Shown here: positions 29,249-43,379 of the stretch, in pieces | Layout of the letters: the number at the start of each line of letters is the position of its first letter | Numbering within the stretch: the stretch's first letter is position 1 | Assembly: GCA_951406725.2 (NCBI GenBank) | Contig: OX597815.1 | Span: 201,128,001 to 201,192,000, forward strand | Length of the DNA: 64,000 bases | Source of the DNA: Octopus vulgaris | Taxonomy: Eukaryota | Direction: 5' to 3' | Made by a program: the position numbers and the translations under genes | Notes under the pieces: generated by a model | Databases searched by the model: none | What the model was told of the DNA's origin: nothing | The model's input: the letters and a program-made list of their open reading frames with translations, nothing else

Positions 29249-29700
29249 GACGACGTGGTATCAAATTTCCCGGTATCATCATCATCATCTTTTAACGTTC
29301 GTTTTCCATGCTAGCATAGATTGGACGGTTCGACCGGGATCTGGGAAGCCAGAAGGCTGCACCAGGCCGCAGTCTGATCTGGCAGTGTTTCTGCAGGTGG
29401 ATGCCCTTCCTAACGCCAATAGTTAGTTATGTTTAATAAAAAATAACGTACTTACCTAGTTTTTTTTTAACATCATCTCCTTCGAAATAGTTACCTTGTG
29501 CCGCAACACACCGGTCCCAGCTTTCCTGCTACTTTTGGAATCCGGCCTATTAGCCGCTTTTCGTAAGTGAGTCGAAGATCTGTGATTTGCCTTGGAGCTC
29601 GACAACGGTGTTAAGACAGCGAACGTTGAGCAGCTGTCGGGAAGAGATAGAAGTCCTCAGATGCTAAATCTGGCGAATGGGGCGGATGCAGAAGCGATAC
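29249..29700 (-). mobile_element. mariner 3' fragment interrupted by a SINE
   Basis: Minus strand gives LLHPPHSPDLASEDFYLFP and ESWDRCVAAQGNYFEGD; TIR remnant at 29249-29274; same family as 63500-64000. Confidence 0.82.
29276..29419 (-). mobile_element. SINE 3' fragment with V-domain-like motif and (GAT)n tail
   Basis: TTAGGAAGGGCATCC on the minus strand; (CAT)n tail on the plus strand; inserted next to the mariner TIR. Confidence 0.65.
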
Positions 29701-29831
29701 TAAAATAAAATAGAAAAAAAATTAACAAACATAATGAAACAAGACTTTCATCATATCATTCTTAAAATTTCACATGTTTCATTAAAGAGATCACATAGTC
29801 CTCTACTTTGTTTCCGTCTGATTGTTACTGT

Positions 29832-29931
29832 NNNNNNNNNNNNNNNNNNNNNNNNNNNNNNNNNNNNNNNNNNNNNNNNNNNNNNNNNNNNNNNNNNNNN
29901 NNNNNNNNNNNNNNNNNNNNNNNNNNNNNNN
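29832..29931. other. Assembly gap (100 N)
   Basis: Run of exactly 100 N. Confidence 1.
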
Positions 29932-30819
29932 CATATAGCCATTCAGATATCTATGTTAGCACACACATATATAAATCAGAACCATTGCAACGGTGTAAGA
30001 TGTGCGTGAATGTGTCTATATTTCTAACACAATTTGCAGGGTTTTGCGTGTGCCTACGCAAAAAAGGGATAAGTGGTTGAGATTTTGCTTTCGTTTTCTA
30101 GAGACATATTACAAAGAAAAGTAATTGAGAAACACACAAACACACACACACAAATACAGATCTCATGTTATCAGCATTAGATCTATGAAATATAAGTACA
30201 CTGAACTCTAGAAAATTGCTATTTGTAATTCTACGGTGAAGTAAAATCTAAACATTAGAATGGGGCGGAGTGGCACAATGAGAAGGTTTTACTATATTTG
30301 TTACTTTGAGAAAATATATATAATTTATAAATGTTCACTACCTTAAACAAACTATATCAGCTAAGTATATGATCGCTAATGCATTAAAAATCGCCATAAC
30401 ATATACAGACCAGTATTTCAGAAATTATCACCGTTACATTTGAACATATAAAACACAAATTTAGTATTGTCCAATTGAGTGATCCAAGATAGGGGAAGTT
30501 TGCATCTTCAGTTCTCCAAATTTACATTTGAAAAGAGACGCACATACATCAATATTCATTGGAAAGATCAGAAATACAACAAAAATATCAACTATCTAGG
30601 TCAAACTGAAAGAAGACCATGGGGTAATGGTACAAGATACGAAATTAACGAAAATTGACAAAATAAGAAAAATTCAACATAAAATATTTTCTAAAGATTC
30701 TTCACTATCTGCTTATGCATCATGAACTTAAAAAGAAAGAAAAATGATATAAGGCATTGCTCATTTTACCCAATTTTACACATCAGTCTTTGAAATTATA
30801 AAATTAAAGAACTATGCAA

Positions 30820-31100
30820 TAGTGTGGGAGAAATCTGACTTGAACCCAATAGAGAAAAGAATATTGATTTTTGAACGAGAAATTATCCGGGTATTTTATC
30901 AGCAACCTCAATTACAATCGGGTTCAAAGTTGAATAAAACGTTCTTGAAAAGAAATTATCTGTCAACTGACTATGTTCCAAAGTCTCTAAACTTTAGAAG
31001 CACCAACGATACTCACCACTTTTTACGTTTAAGGATGATGCAACAATAAGAATGATGAAGCAATACTTGCAATGTAATGATTTCAAACATATAAGGAGAA
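30820..31100 (+). mobile_element. Possible PLE ORF N-terminal relic
   Basis: IRVFYQQ...KTFLKRNYLSTDYVPKSLNFR resembles the FL..C....PK.L.F N-terminal motif of PLE ORFs. Confidence 0.3.
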
Positions 31101-31308
31101 AATAACAAGAAATAGAAAATTTAATCCGCTCATTTTATCCCTGTTACTCATTTTGCTCGCTTACTAAAAATACGCTTTTGTGCATGTATGTATATACCCA
31201 TATAAACAAACTCTCTGCCCACCCCAACTAGTATATATATATATATAATTTTTTTTGCGTAATGAGATAAAAAAAAGACTGTGTAGATATTAGAACATTT
31301 ATAGATAG

Positions 31309-31360
31309 GTCTTACAGCTGTTTCCAGGATATTTATTAATTACATCCCTTCATCGGAGAC
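31309..31360 (-). ncRNA. Minimal type-I hammerhead ribozyme (U4C core variant) in a PLE pseudo-LTR (~31250-31390)
   Basis: GUCU-CCGAUGA-A-GGGAUGU(aauuaauaa)AUAUCCU-G-GAAA-CAGCUG-UA-AGAC; stem III palindrome ACAGCUGU; TA runs on both sides. Confidence 0.7.
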
Positions 31361-31390
31361 AGTGTGAGAGGATGGTTACGTAATAGTTAG

Positions 31391-31422
<32 letters not shown>

Positions 31423-32077
31423 CTTTAAAAATATGTACTTTTTGCATATATTGTGGTATCAAATCCAGTAACGGTGTATGTATTTGTGTTGTAAATAACA
31501 TGATAAAGTATGTTTATACTGGGTACAGGTGTGGAAACAAAGCTAAAATGAAATAAAAATACAAAGAGCAGAAGTACTTTTGCAGAAGTTATGCGATATG
31601 ACATATCTTCCAGAAAGACAGTTCGTTTTCCAGTACTGTAAATGTATTTATATAACAGCCAAATACTTAAGAATACAAATGAAGTAGAAAAAATAAAGAT
31701 ATAAAAAATGAAAAACAATTGCAAGTAAATGTAATCAATGCAGAAGTAGAGTGAAAGAAACAGTTAATTTGAAAAATAATCATGACACTGAGAAAAGCAT
31801 GATACTAAGATTTCGCTAGTTAATAGAAAATGATAGACTACTTAAATTATATGATAATAACCCAAAGAGAGAAAGGGAGACAATGAGAAAAAGACGACGG
31901 AGAGAAAGAGAAAAACATTAATGAAAATTTATGGAATGTTTTCGAGAATAATCAATCGTGAGCGAGAGAAAATAAAGATAAAACTTACGTAGAAAATCTT
32001 AGCAATAACCCTTTCGTAAAATCTTTTCACTGAGATTTAAATATTTGGTACACTGAAATATAAATATATATATATTG

Positions 32078-32410
32078 AGACCCCCTTCGGTCATGACTGA
32101 CCGTGGGATTGCATCTAGAAAGTTACCCTCCCGGGCACAGATCCGGGCAAGGTTGTTTATGGAAGACCAGCAGTCGCCCAGGCATACCGGCCTCCCCTTT
32201 CAACGCCACCAATGTTATCCAAGGGATGGGCAACAGCCGATACAGTTTGTCACTTGTGATGTCGCAACTGATTTCTACAGCTGAGTGAAATGGAGCTACA
32301 TGAAATAAAGTGTCTTGCTCAAGTACACAATGCGCAGCCCGGTCCGGGATTCAAACTCATAACCTCACGATCATAAGCTCGACATTCTAACCACTGAGCC
32401 ATGCGCCTTC
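32078..32410 (-). mobile_element. tRNA-derived SINE, family 2
   Basis: Head GAAGGCGCATGGCTCAGTGGTTAGA...GAATCCCGGACCGGGC; 3' end ATGACCGAAGGGGGTCT; aligns with 42595 and 45518. Confidence 0.9.
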
Positions 32411-33879
32411 GCACACACACACACACGCACACACACACACACACATATATATATATAGATCGTCAGCTGCTTCGTTTTACAAAAGTGCAGTGACTATTTT
32501 TCTCATTAATATATAATGATTACAAGTGGTCATTATTTTTATATAAGAGGAAAGATAGAAACATTTGAATTAGTGAAGTTGTCATCATAGTTTCCCCCAC
32601 CCCCGAAATCTCATGTTTAAAAGTAGGTTGAAACGCAAATTAAAGACACAGATATAGAGATACGAATTTCGGTAAATAGACAAATGGTCTAAAAAGAAGC
32701 ATCGAAACATTCTGTTTGGATTAAGAAGCCACTAAATTATATTATCTATATCATCTTCATTTCAATTCATGCCCTTTATTTGACTTAATGTCTAGATTAC
32801 AGTAGGCTCTTTAATGTTTTCGTGTTCTTTCTTAATTTGGAAGTGTTTATGTAGCTCCTGAGATGAAGAAGCCATTTTATGAAAGTATTTATATTTATAT
32901 TGCATTTTTATTAATATATTTACTTTAAGTTTGGCTTAGAAACGGAGACAGTTCAGACACGTTTAGGTTTCTCGTGGATTGTTTTCTTTCCATTGATTAA
33001 TGTTATTAAATGTGTTATATGAGGTGGAACTCAACATTTGTCACTCATCTTTCAGGTTTGATACGATAAATCATTAGTCAAATATAGTCCGATGCTATCG
33101 CCTATTCGCATTGACGCAGTTGTACCTAAACCAGAAACAGTTGTTAAGGTTGTATTAACACATTCCTCAAAAAACTTTATAGTTAATACATACACATATA
33201 CATCCATATGCACACACATACACATTTGCACCTATATGCTCATGCACACTCGCTTATCCATCCATCCTTCCTTTTCTTGCCCACTATTTGTTGGAGGTTC
33301 ATGTGGGTAGAGTCCTCAGACAAAACACCCATAAAGTCTTATCAGAAGCAATCTTCATTAGACAAACTGCCTGCATTCCTAGACGTGAATAATATACATT
33401 ATGCATCTTGTTCAAACTCTCGCACTGGGTTTACACTAAAGTCACCTGCCGGTTTGTTCATCTTAGAGATTCCGTCTGGTGCTTATTTCCTGCAACATAC
33501 CAATCACATCTTCATAGTGCCGGCACTGTGACCTCCCAATGCAGAGTAGCGGCTCGACCGGGAGACATTCTCTGGCCTTCAGTTTGCACACACAATCGAG
33601 TAACGTTGCAACAGATATTCTATTATAGAACACTTTGCAGCTGCTTGATGGCATTTCTTTCGGCCATCAACCCAAATTTATGGCTATAGGATAGGCAAGA
33701 TAACCGAATTGAAGAATTTGACATTTTCTTTTTTGCTAACCTCCTGTCTTCTGAAATCAAGTGTTGATACTAGTGAGAGAGAGACAGAGAGCGAGAGAGA
33801 GAGAAAGAGAGAGTGAGAGACTGATAGATAGACAAATGGATAGACAAACAAATAGACAGATAGACAGGCAAGATACGTG

Positions 33880-33926
<47 letters not shown>

Positions 33927-34800
33927 GTAGTAGATGGGTAAATGTGTTTGTGTAATTCAGTATATTCATTTTTGTTAATCATCCAATAATGAACGGTTTT
34001 GGGGGAAGAATATTCAAATATATTCTCGTCGAAGTATTTTTTGAAATTTTTCAAATGGTGAACACTTGATGGCATAAAAATAATTTGATGCGTTCCATTC
34101 ATAACACACTACCAGTGAAACTAAACAGTAATAGGGAGAGAACCAACCTAATTATAGTATACATATATTCACACATACACACACACACACACCACACTCG
34201 TGCGTGTGCACGCACACATCTATATGATTATAAAGTTTTCTTATCTAGTTTTTTTATTCATTTTTTATATTTAAGTGGACTCTATTATATATTATTATTT
34301 TTCAAAAATTTTCACCATATATTTACAGACGTTACACAAACGGTTGCTTGCTTTACTCATTTTTTTTCCATGTAGGCGTTTTCAAGTGATCTTTGGGCAA
34401 GCATTATTTATGTTCATAATGCCACTTTAAAAACATCCGCATTGTAAAATTTCCTATATGTATATTTTTTTTTTTCATAAACGAATAAACATTATATTCT
34501 ATAACTTAAATCTTTATTCTACGCTTTAGTTGATTCTACTATTATAATGAATATACAACACCATTTCATGAATTCAAGCTAATAATGAAATATGCTTTTA
34601 CCAAACATGAAAGGGAATTGAATGTACACGTCAGAGGAATGAGTTTAGTAGTTCCTCCTTTCATCTAACTATATGCGTATACACACATGCAGACTCAAAT
34701 ACTATCTGAAATCAATTTTCAATTTTATTTCAATTATCGTTAATCTCTTTACATACATAAACACATGCATACACAAGTAAATGTGTGCGTATATATATAT

Positions 34801-34874
<74 letters not shown>

Positions 34875-34893
34875 GTATATATATACATGTGCA

Positions 34894-34936
<43 letters not shown>

Positions 34937-34982
34937 TCTTGTGCACATCTATATATATGTATGTGTATATATATATCTATAC

Positions 34983-35017
<35 letters not shown>

Positions 35018-35859
35018 AATATATATATACACATGATATACACGTATATATACATGTATTTATCTATATATTATATATGTGCATGTATAAATGTGGGTAT
35101 TTGTGCGTGTATGTTTCTCTACGCCATTTTTAATGTTACATTTCATATTTATTTCACTCTACATTTGTATAGTCTTTCATATCATAAAGTTTAAACATTT
35201 AAAATCACTAGTGTGCTATAACCCCTATATATGTACACATACACACACACACAGAGACACACACAAGCCCCCACACACGCACACAAAGAGGAAATTTGAA
35301 CAAAAACAAGAGGTGCACTTCCTTATACACAATACTATAGTGATAACGTTTATGCTTTTGTGTATATGTATGAGCGTGCATGCCGACTGATCAAGCGCGC
35401 GCGCGTGTGTATGTGTGTGTATGCGATGGACAACGGACCATTGTTCAGTCCGACAAGTATCAAATATGGAATAATGTGAACTTTCAGCAGCTGGAGGATT
35501 ACTATGATTCCGAAAGAGTTTGGGAATAGAGTTCGTAATCATGTGATATATTTTCTTTTTGTTGCATAGACTCTGATTTTAACCATTTGAAGATTCTGGA
35601 TTTGCGTTTTAGTGGTTGTGAAGTATTTTTTTTCTGTTTCTTGTAATATTTATTGTAATCTATAAAGGACGGCTTTAAGAGTTTACGTGACACCTATAGC
35701 GTAAGCCAATGGTTCCTAACCCTTTTCTTTAAATGAGTTTCGCCACGGACACATTTTAAAATACTTATCCTTACATACGCACACGCACACACACACACAT
35801 ATTTATACATATATATATGTGTGTGTGCATTTATGAATATATATATATACATACATACA

Positions 35860-35933
<74 letters not shown>

Positions 35934-35979
35934 TGTGTGTGTGTGTATGCATATATATATAACTGCCCCTGGGTGGGAT

Positions 35980-36141
35980 GGGCATGTATGGCTGTGTAGT
36001 AAGTAGTTTGTATCCGAACCAGATGATTCTGGTTTCCGTCCCACTACATGACACCTTGGGCAAGTGTCTTGTGCTATAGCCTCGGGCCGACAAAAGCATT
36101 GTGAGTGGATTTGGTAGAGGGAAATTGAAAGAAGCCCGTCG

Positions 36142-36143
<2 letters not shown>
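35980..36143 (+). mobile_element. CORE-type SINE 5' half
   Basis: ACCTTGGGCAAGTG...AAGAAGCCCGTCG. Confidence 0.85.
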
Positions 36144-36193
<50 letters not shown>

Positions 36194-36194
36194 T

Positions 36195-36476
36195 GTTTCT
36201 TCTCAAGCCATCTCTGGCTCATATGGCCGGTTTCCTTGGCATATAGTTTCCCCACCTGGACGGGACGCCGGACCGTCGCAGGTGAACTTCAAGATGCAAG
36301 AGCGAAGAGTGAGAGAAAGTTGTGGCGAAAGAGTCAGCAGCAGTTCGCTATTAACATCTGCCGGTGTCGCATGGAACTTAGGTGTTTCCGCTCATAAACA
36401 CACACATCGCCCGGTCTGAGATTCGAACCCGTGATCCCTCGACCATGTTCCTACTGCTCTAGGCCATGTGCCTCCC
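36195..36476 (-). mobile_element. tRNA-derived SINE related to 3116-3498 but with a different 3' tail
   Basis: B box GGTTCGAATCTC on the minus strand; shares a GAGTGAGA(G/A)AAAGTTGTGG(C/T)GAAAGAGT-type block with the 3.1-kb SINE. Confidence 0.8.
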
Positions 36477-36769
36477 CCCGCACGCACACACACACGCGCA
36501 CACAAACACACGCAGACACACACACACACATATATATATATACATGAAATTCTGAATTTAGCTCACGGTCCCCCCCTACAACCATTCCGGACCCCAGGTT
36601 GGGAATCACTGCCGCACACTATGAGGATGAGAAATATTTACAGATATTGTGATGAACCTGTATGACTCTGCATTAATGCTTCTAAATCCTTCTTCTAGTC
36701 AAAATGGATATACACGTTTAGGTACGTGTCTGTGTATGCATATCTTTGAATCTATATTTTCAAATATTC

Positions 36770-36850
36770 TTTTCTACTCTAGGCACAAGGCCCGAAATTT
36801 TGTGGGAGGGGACCAGTCGATTGGATGAAAGGATGAAAGCAAAATCGAAT
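36770..36850 (-). mobile_element. Meta-domain-type SINE remnant
   Basis: AGGCACAAGGCCCGAAATTTT...GAAAGGATGAAAGCAAAATCGA, similar to 52933 and 40566. Confidence 0.55.
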
Positions 36851-38262
36851 AGATTTGCAAATATCGAACAAGGGATTTATTATACCATGCTGCAGTTATT
36901 CCAGACTAGTGCTTCCAATGCTGATTGTGCCTAAACTCGTGCGAACTACTCGCATTTTCCTTCTGTCATACAATAGATAAGAAATCTGAGAAATGAAGCA
37001 CATCCTGTGTTTTTCTCTGTTTTCAAGCCTTTCATTATTCTTTCGAATTCCTTATTGTTGAGTGTTGAATCACAATCACTTAAGTATTCATATGTTCTCC
37101 TCATCTCTCTATAAAAGGAGCGTGCATTCATTTGAAACCTAGTACTTGCTGACGTAAAACTATTTAAAAAGACATTGTTTCACCATCTTGTTATGAATTT
37201 CTACTCGGTATAAATAAAGTCCGAGTGTGTAAATCTTCGGCCCAATATATTCTCAGATATCTTCTCAATTCAAATGTGAGAATTATAGCATAACAATCTG
37301 TGTGGAATCTTTCAGATGGGCTCCAAATATATATATATATCTAGCTTTGGCACAAGTATGCTTTCGTTGAATCTAATTTCGGACTATATGAAGACAGACT
37401 CAATCTTGTTCATTGAAGGTGCATCTACATACACGCTAATACAACGAATGCCTGTAATACACAACCTCAAGGTGCAAAGAAGATCCATTTAACCATTTGT
37501 TTTTTCCAGTTAATTTATGTATAACATTCTCCTACAGCAATTCTGTTCTGCTTGGAACAGTTTTCAAGAAATATCACATTTACTATGTGAATCAATAACG
37601 CAGAAATCACGTCTGCATGCTACTGAGCGTTTTTTGTTGTATTTCATTTTATTTGATCAGAGTTTCTGAAACACGAGTAGGATTATGATAAAATAATTTT
37701 GATCGCTCAGGAAATGTCATTTCCGCTAGTTACAGAGGCTCCCCCAGATTCTTTCTCAGTCGGATAATATGTTTCTTGAAGTGATATGGATATGCATGTA
37801 AAATACGTGAGAATTCTTGTTTGGCCGTGTACATTTTATAAGATCTATTCAATTAAATAATATAATTAATATTATGAATACTTTAATTGAACTTACACTT
37901 GTGCTTCCATTGTGCTTATATATATACATATATAAGTGAGCGTATTTGTTTGTGTGTGTGAATGCGCGCGTGTGTGTGCATGTGCATTTGTGTGCAAATA
38001 ATTGATGCGTTGAACATAATCACTCTTGCATTCATTTGGATGGAAGTAGCAGTGGTCTGGAAAGAATCGTTGTAAAAATGAATGACCGGAAGTGATCATG
38101 GATGAAAGAGTTTTTTAAATAGAATTACAGACAAATACACACATACATGTATATATATGAATATATTTATGTTTATGTATATATACATGCATATATATAT
38201 GTATATGCATGTATATATATAAAGAGAGAGAAGGAGAAGGATATATATATATATAGAGAGAG

Positions 38263-38328
<66 letters not shown>

Positions 38329-39578
38329 ATGCATAAATAAGTATGTATTTGTATTAATGTCTATGTATATGTGTATAGAGAAAGTTTAGAAATTATGTGA
38401 ATTCACAAAAAAATGTTTTGGAGTTCTCAAAATACAATAATAATAAGTTGTGAGTACGAATTCTTCATACGAGAAATGTATTGATCACGTATTTATCCCT
38501 GATGTATGAAGCTTAGCCCTACAGAAATTGCACGATTATTATATTAGCCTATATATTTCTATTCTAAATTTTACCATTCCTTGCAAAGTCGGCCTTGCAG
38601 CTATTGAAGTATCCGTATGTTTTAGTTATTATAATTTTAGCCGCAGTTCAGTTTAATTATTTTATACAACCAATACAGCTTGACTTTTGCTGGGACTTTT
38701 CAGATCATTGCTGGTTATAATGAAATATTTATATACATATATTTGGTGTATTTCAAAAAAATATTAGCCATTGCAATATCATATATCGCAGAAAATTTGC
38801 AACAAATTATATATTCTTTTATATTATTGGTTCAGTTATATTTCACAACTCCCTTTTTTCTCTAGTTAACAATAAATGAACGAGCGTTGTCTTCCTACAA
38901 AACCTATTTGCTATTTACCGGTGGTACGCAGAATAATTGAAGCAAAAAAAAAAAAAAGACAGCATTAAAGATAAAAAAAAAACTTCGATTTATATAGATA
39001 TGTTTATGAAAATAAGTAGAAAAATCACGTATTCACTTATTTTGAGTGTGATTCTTCTAACATCTATTGCTTATATTTTATTTTATATTTCGGAGCAAGA
39101 CAAACATAATGCTGATATTTTACGACTTGCGTTCTATCACGATGCAACATTCGGAAAAAAATAAAACAGAGATACGTAATGATTTTTCTCCTTGGATACA
39201 AATACATACATGCAACGCATCCATTTATTACGATATAGAAAAACACAGAATACATACTACTAAAAATAATCAAAAAGAATGAGTTGAAAGATAGCCAATA
39301 ATAAATTTGCAAAGATCTCCCATAAAAAAATAAAGGAATATAAAGAAAGACAACAACTATGTGGAATAAGATTACTGTCTCTATGTTTCCTTATATAATT
39401 CCCTCAACAGTTTCGTGAAGTGGCTTTTTTTTTTCTTTTGCAACGTATAACATTAACACGTCCGTTACAGGCTTGAAGAAGACTTTTCGGTTCGTTTTAC
39501 AATATTACATGAGGATTTTGCCTTATTTTTTTACGCTTATCTATGCTCCACTGCCGTGTTTAAAGAAATACTTTATTC

Positions 39579-39640
<62 letters not shown>

Positions 39641-39661
39641 CAGCAGCAGCAGTAGTAGTAG
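39579..39661. repeat. (AGT)n/(AGC)n trinucleotide microsatellite
   Basis: Direct reading. Confidence 0.97.
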
Positions 39662-39888
39662 ACAGGAAATTATTATTCGATAACAATGACGCTCAGTTGT
39701 GCATGGTGCTTGATTTTATTGAACTGGAATTGAGCAAGGGCGAAGATTTTCTCAGTGTTATTTGAACTCATAAACGAAGACAGCTGGGGAAATACAGCTA
39801 AGTATATATATCAGACGTGCTAAGGATTCAGCCAATTCAGAGTTATTGTAATAGCAACAACAAAAACAACAACAATAACAACAACAAC

Positions 39889-39928
<40 letters not shown>

Positions 39929-40357
39929 TGGGATATGCCGATACACACAGATATAGTTGTCAGAGATCATGAAGAAAAAAATGCTTTCTAATTGATATAT
40001 CAATACCGGCAGATGACACCGTGTCTCTATAAAAAATGGAGAAACTTTCAAAATACAAAGACCTGCAAATGGAGGTAACCAGAATGTGGAATCTAAAAAC
40101 AGAAACAATTCCTATCATAGTAGGTGCATTAGGCATGATAAAAAATATTCAGACAAATACATAACAAAAACACCAGGACTTACAAACACATATAACATAC
40201 AGAAAATTGCAATACTAGGCACTGCACACATCCTACGCAGAACACTTTCCATACAATAACCATCAGAGCATCACAACAAATCACAGCACATATCCAAGAC
40301 ACACAGAGCTGCGCTCGGTAGTGAAGTGAAAGCACGCTATAAAAATAAAACTACTGA
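39929..40357 (+). mobile_element. R4/Dong-clade LINE 3' end (restriction-like endonuclease plus 3' UTR) inserted in (TAA)n
   Basis: Frameshifted translation WDMPIHTD..IVVRD...FLIDISIPADD...KLSKYKDL..EVTRMWNLKTETIPIIVGALG...QKIAILGTAHILRRTL*; AAT repeats on both sides. Confidence 0.88.
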
Positions 40358-40363
40358 ATAATA

Positions 40364-40499
<136 letters not shown>

Positions 40500-40565
40500 A
40501 CTATTGTTATTATTATTATTATTATAACAACAACAAAGATAATAATACTTTTTAGTTCCATTCTT

Positions 40566-40972
40566 ATTTCTTTACTGCCCACAAGGGGCTACACACAGAG
40601 GTGACAAAGAAGGAAAGACAAATGGATTAGGCCGAATTATATCGAACCAGTGCGTAACAGGTATTTGACCGCGAAAGGATGAACGGCAAAGTTGATCTCG
40701 GCGGAATTTCAACTCAGAACGTAGCGGCAGACGAAATACCTATCTCTTTATTACCCACAAGGGGCTAAACATAGAGGGGACAGACAATGACAGACATAGG
40801 TATTAAGTCGATTACATCGACCCCAGAGTGTAACTGGTACTTAATATATCAACCCCGAAAGGATGAAAAGCAAAGTCGACCTCGGCGGAATTTGAACTCA
40901 CAACGCAACGGCAGACGAAATACAGCTAAGCATTTCACCCGGCGTGCTAACGTCTCTGCCAGCTCGCCGCCT
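40566..40972 (-). mobile_element. Meta-domain-type tRNA SINE with duplicated body and 17-bp TSD
   Basis: Head GGCGGCGAGCTGGCAGA; GTCGACTTTGCTTTTCATCCTTTCGGGG domain present twice; TSD TTTTTAGTTCCATTCTT at 40549-40565 and 40976-40992. Confidence 0.88.
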
Positions 40973-40992
40973 GTTTTTTTAGTTCCATTCTT

Positions 40993-41240
40993 GATCATTC
41001 CAAGTGCTCCTGGTATTATACCCGTCTTGAGTTGCCAAATTTTTCGATTTCAATCAGCATATCTTTATATTATCTGTGTTGAACCTCTGTTACCGGGAAA
41101 TCATGATCACAAGATATGCTCATGCGAATCAATAAACTGATTTTATTGTTTTACCTTCCTAGCTCAATGTGAAAAAGATGGTCTTAACTGGTATGTCCCA
41201 CGTACTGAGAACAACATTGTCGCTGTGTAGACCCTTACCT
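40993..41240 (-). mobile_element. Degenerate R4/Dong endonuclease fragment
   Basis: Minus strand gives DNVVLSTWDIPVKT and IIPGALGMIKNG. Confidence 0.5.
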
Positions 41241-41459
41241 TTTCTCCCTTTATTTTCTAAATTCTTGCTTTAGTTTTTGTTTTCCTTCTTTCAGTTTTCT
41301 CTTATTCTTTCTTGTCCCTTATTTTCTATCGTATGATTTTTTAAATGAACAATCTGGTGTGTTTACTTTAAAGGAGTACCAATGTAAACAGTGAATTCCT
41401 TTGCCCTTGGTGACGAGAAGACATTCAGCAAGAAATGGAAACAAAATTAATAGAAGATA

Positions 41460-41498
41460 ATGATAATGATAACAACAACGACAACAACAATAATAACA

Positions 41499-41571
<73 letters not shown>

Positions 41572-41574
41572 TAC

Positions 41575-41626
<52 letters not shown>

Positions 41627-41631
41627 TAATA
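41460..41631. repeat. (AAT)n microsatellite
   Basis: Direct reading. Confidence 0.98.
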
Positions 41632-41770
41632 AGTATGTGGCCCGTAGCAAACAATCTGATGTCGACCAGAAACACACGCATCAATTGTTACGAAGCTCAG
41701 TGCTAAAAGCGGAGAGTGAAGGTTTCATATTATAGTCTCACGACCAAAGCTTATTAACCCGGAACTACCA
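41632..41770 (+). mobile_element. R4/Dong-clade LINE internal fragment next to (AAT)n
   Basis: YVARSKQSDVDQKHTHQLLRSSVLKAESEGFIL*SHDQSLLTRNY resembles the R4 LK.ETEG.I.AAQDQ.L.T.NY motif. Confidence 0.78.
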
Positions 41771-42317
41771 ATAATAGGTATGTAACTTCTAATTTTATAT
41801 ACGTAAAGGAACAATAAACATCATCAAATAGATGGCATATAGATCAAATGAGTTTAATGTCGTTGTACAAGAACAACATCGTACATCTGTAGAAATAGTG
41901 GAAGTGATGCTCATTTTCTATGGATAAATAGATAACATATATACTCTATGCGGAGGAATTCGTAGGACAATGATGTACATTTCGTTTGACAATCCTGCAT
42001 TAGGTTTTACATTTGACTAGCCATCGAATTTTATCTGCTTCAAGTTAAAGTTGAATAATAAGAATGTGAAAATTACACCCGCTTCTAAGCACATGACGTA
42101 TGATGTAGGAAATGGCTTCACATGATAACATAGCGATAACAAAGTGAGATAAACAATGTTGAAAGCATGAAGTGTTTGTAGGATAATGTAAACATTCAAG
42201 TACCAAATCCTTTGGTTGGTCCTTGGTGTGGTGCCCGTATAAATAATAAACATAAATGGCGTTTAATATTTTCGACAGCTAATTCAGTAGAATTTTATTA
42301 ATATGCTCTCTTATACA

Positions 42318-42536
42318 CTTTTACTCTTTTACTTCTTTCAGTCATTTGACTGTGGCTACGCTGGAGCACTGCCTTTAGTTGAGCAAATCAACACCAGGAC
42401 TTATTCTTTGTAAGCCTAGTACTTATTCTATCGGTCTCTTTTCCGAACACTCAGCTACGGGGACGTAAACACAACAGCATCGGTTGTCCAGCGATGTTGG
42501 GGGGACAAACACACACACACACAAACATATACACAC

Positions 42537-42597
<61 letters not shown>

Positions 42598-42916
42598 GGC
42601 GCATGGCTCAGTGGTTAGAGCGTCGATCGTGAGGTTGTGAGCTCGAATCCCGGACGGGCTGCGTGTTGTGTTCTCGAGCAAGGCACTTTATTTCACGTTG
42701 CTCCAGTTCACTCAGCTGTAGAAATGAGTTGCGACGTCACAGGTGCCAAGCTGTATCGACCTTTGTCTTTCCCTTGGATAACACTGGTGGCGTGGAGAGG
42801 GAGGCTGGTATGCATGGGCGACTGCTAGCCTTCCATAAACAACCTTGCCCGGACTTGTGTCTAGGAGGGTAACTTTCTAGGTGCAATCCCATGGTCATTC
42901 ATGACCGAAGGGGGTC

Positions 42917-42951
<35 letters not shown>

Positions 42952-43026
42952 TTCGACGGGCTTCTTTCAGTTTCCGTCTACCAAATCCACACACAAGGAT
43001 GTGGTCGGCCCGAGTCTATAGTAGAA
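42318..43026 (-). mobile_element. CORE-type SINE split by a nested family-2 SINE
   Basis: 3' half at 42318-42510 and central part at 42954-43026 flank the insert. Confidence 0.85.
42595..42917 (+). mobile_element. tRNA-derived SINE family 2, nested in the (TA)n of the CORE SINE
   Basis: Aligns closely with 45518-45843. Confidence 0.92.
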
Positions 43027-43318
43027 TCGACCGCACTATTTAATTTTTCAAAGCCTAGTACTTATTCTGTCGTTCTCTCTTTTTTTCTGAACACCTAAGT
43101 TACGTCGACGTAAATAAACAAATAACAGTTGTCAACCGTTGGGGTGGGTTTACAGGCACAGAAATACACAAACACGCAGACGCAGACACGCACAGAAACA
43201 CACACAAAAGCACACAAATACATATGCATACTACGGGCTTCTTTCAGTTTCCCCCTACGATAACCACTCACAAGACTTTGGTCGGTCCGATGCTGTAGTA
43301 GAAGACACTTACCTAAGG
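43027..43318 (-). mobile_element. Degenerate CORE-type SINE copy
   Basis: CCTAGTACTTATTCT...GGGCTTCTTTCAGTTTCC...GTAGAAGACACTT. Confidence 0.75.
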
Positions 43319-43379
43319 GAGGTGCTAGGCTAAGCTGTTCAGATTTAATCCTCTATGATTTCTACATACATACAACATA

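Larger units (their letters stand above)
35707..36611. mobile_element. hAT-type MITE with nested SINEs and microsatellites
   Basis: TIRs CAATGGTTCCTAACC / GGTTGGGAATCACTG match the CAGTGGTTCCCAACC hAT (Charlie-like) terminus; TSD degenerate. Confidence 0.65.
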
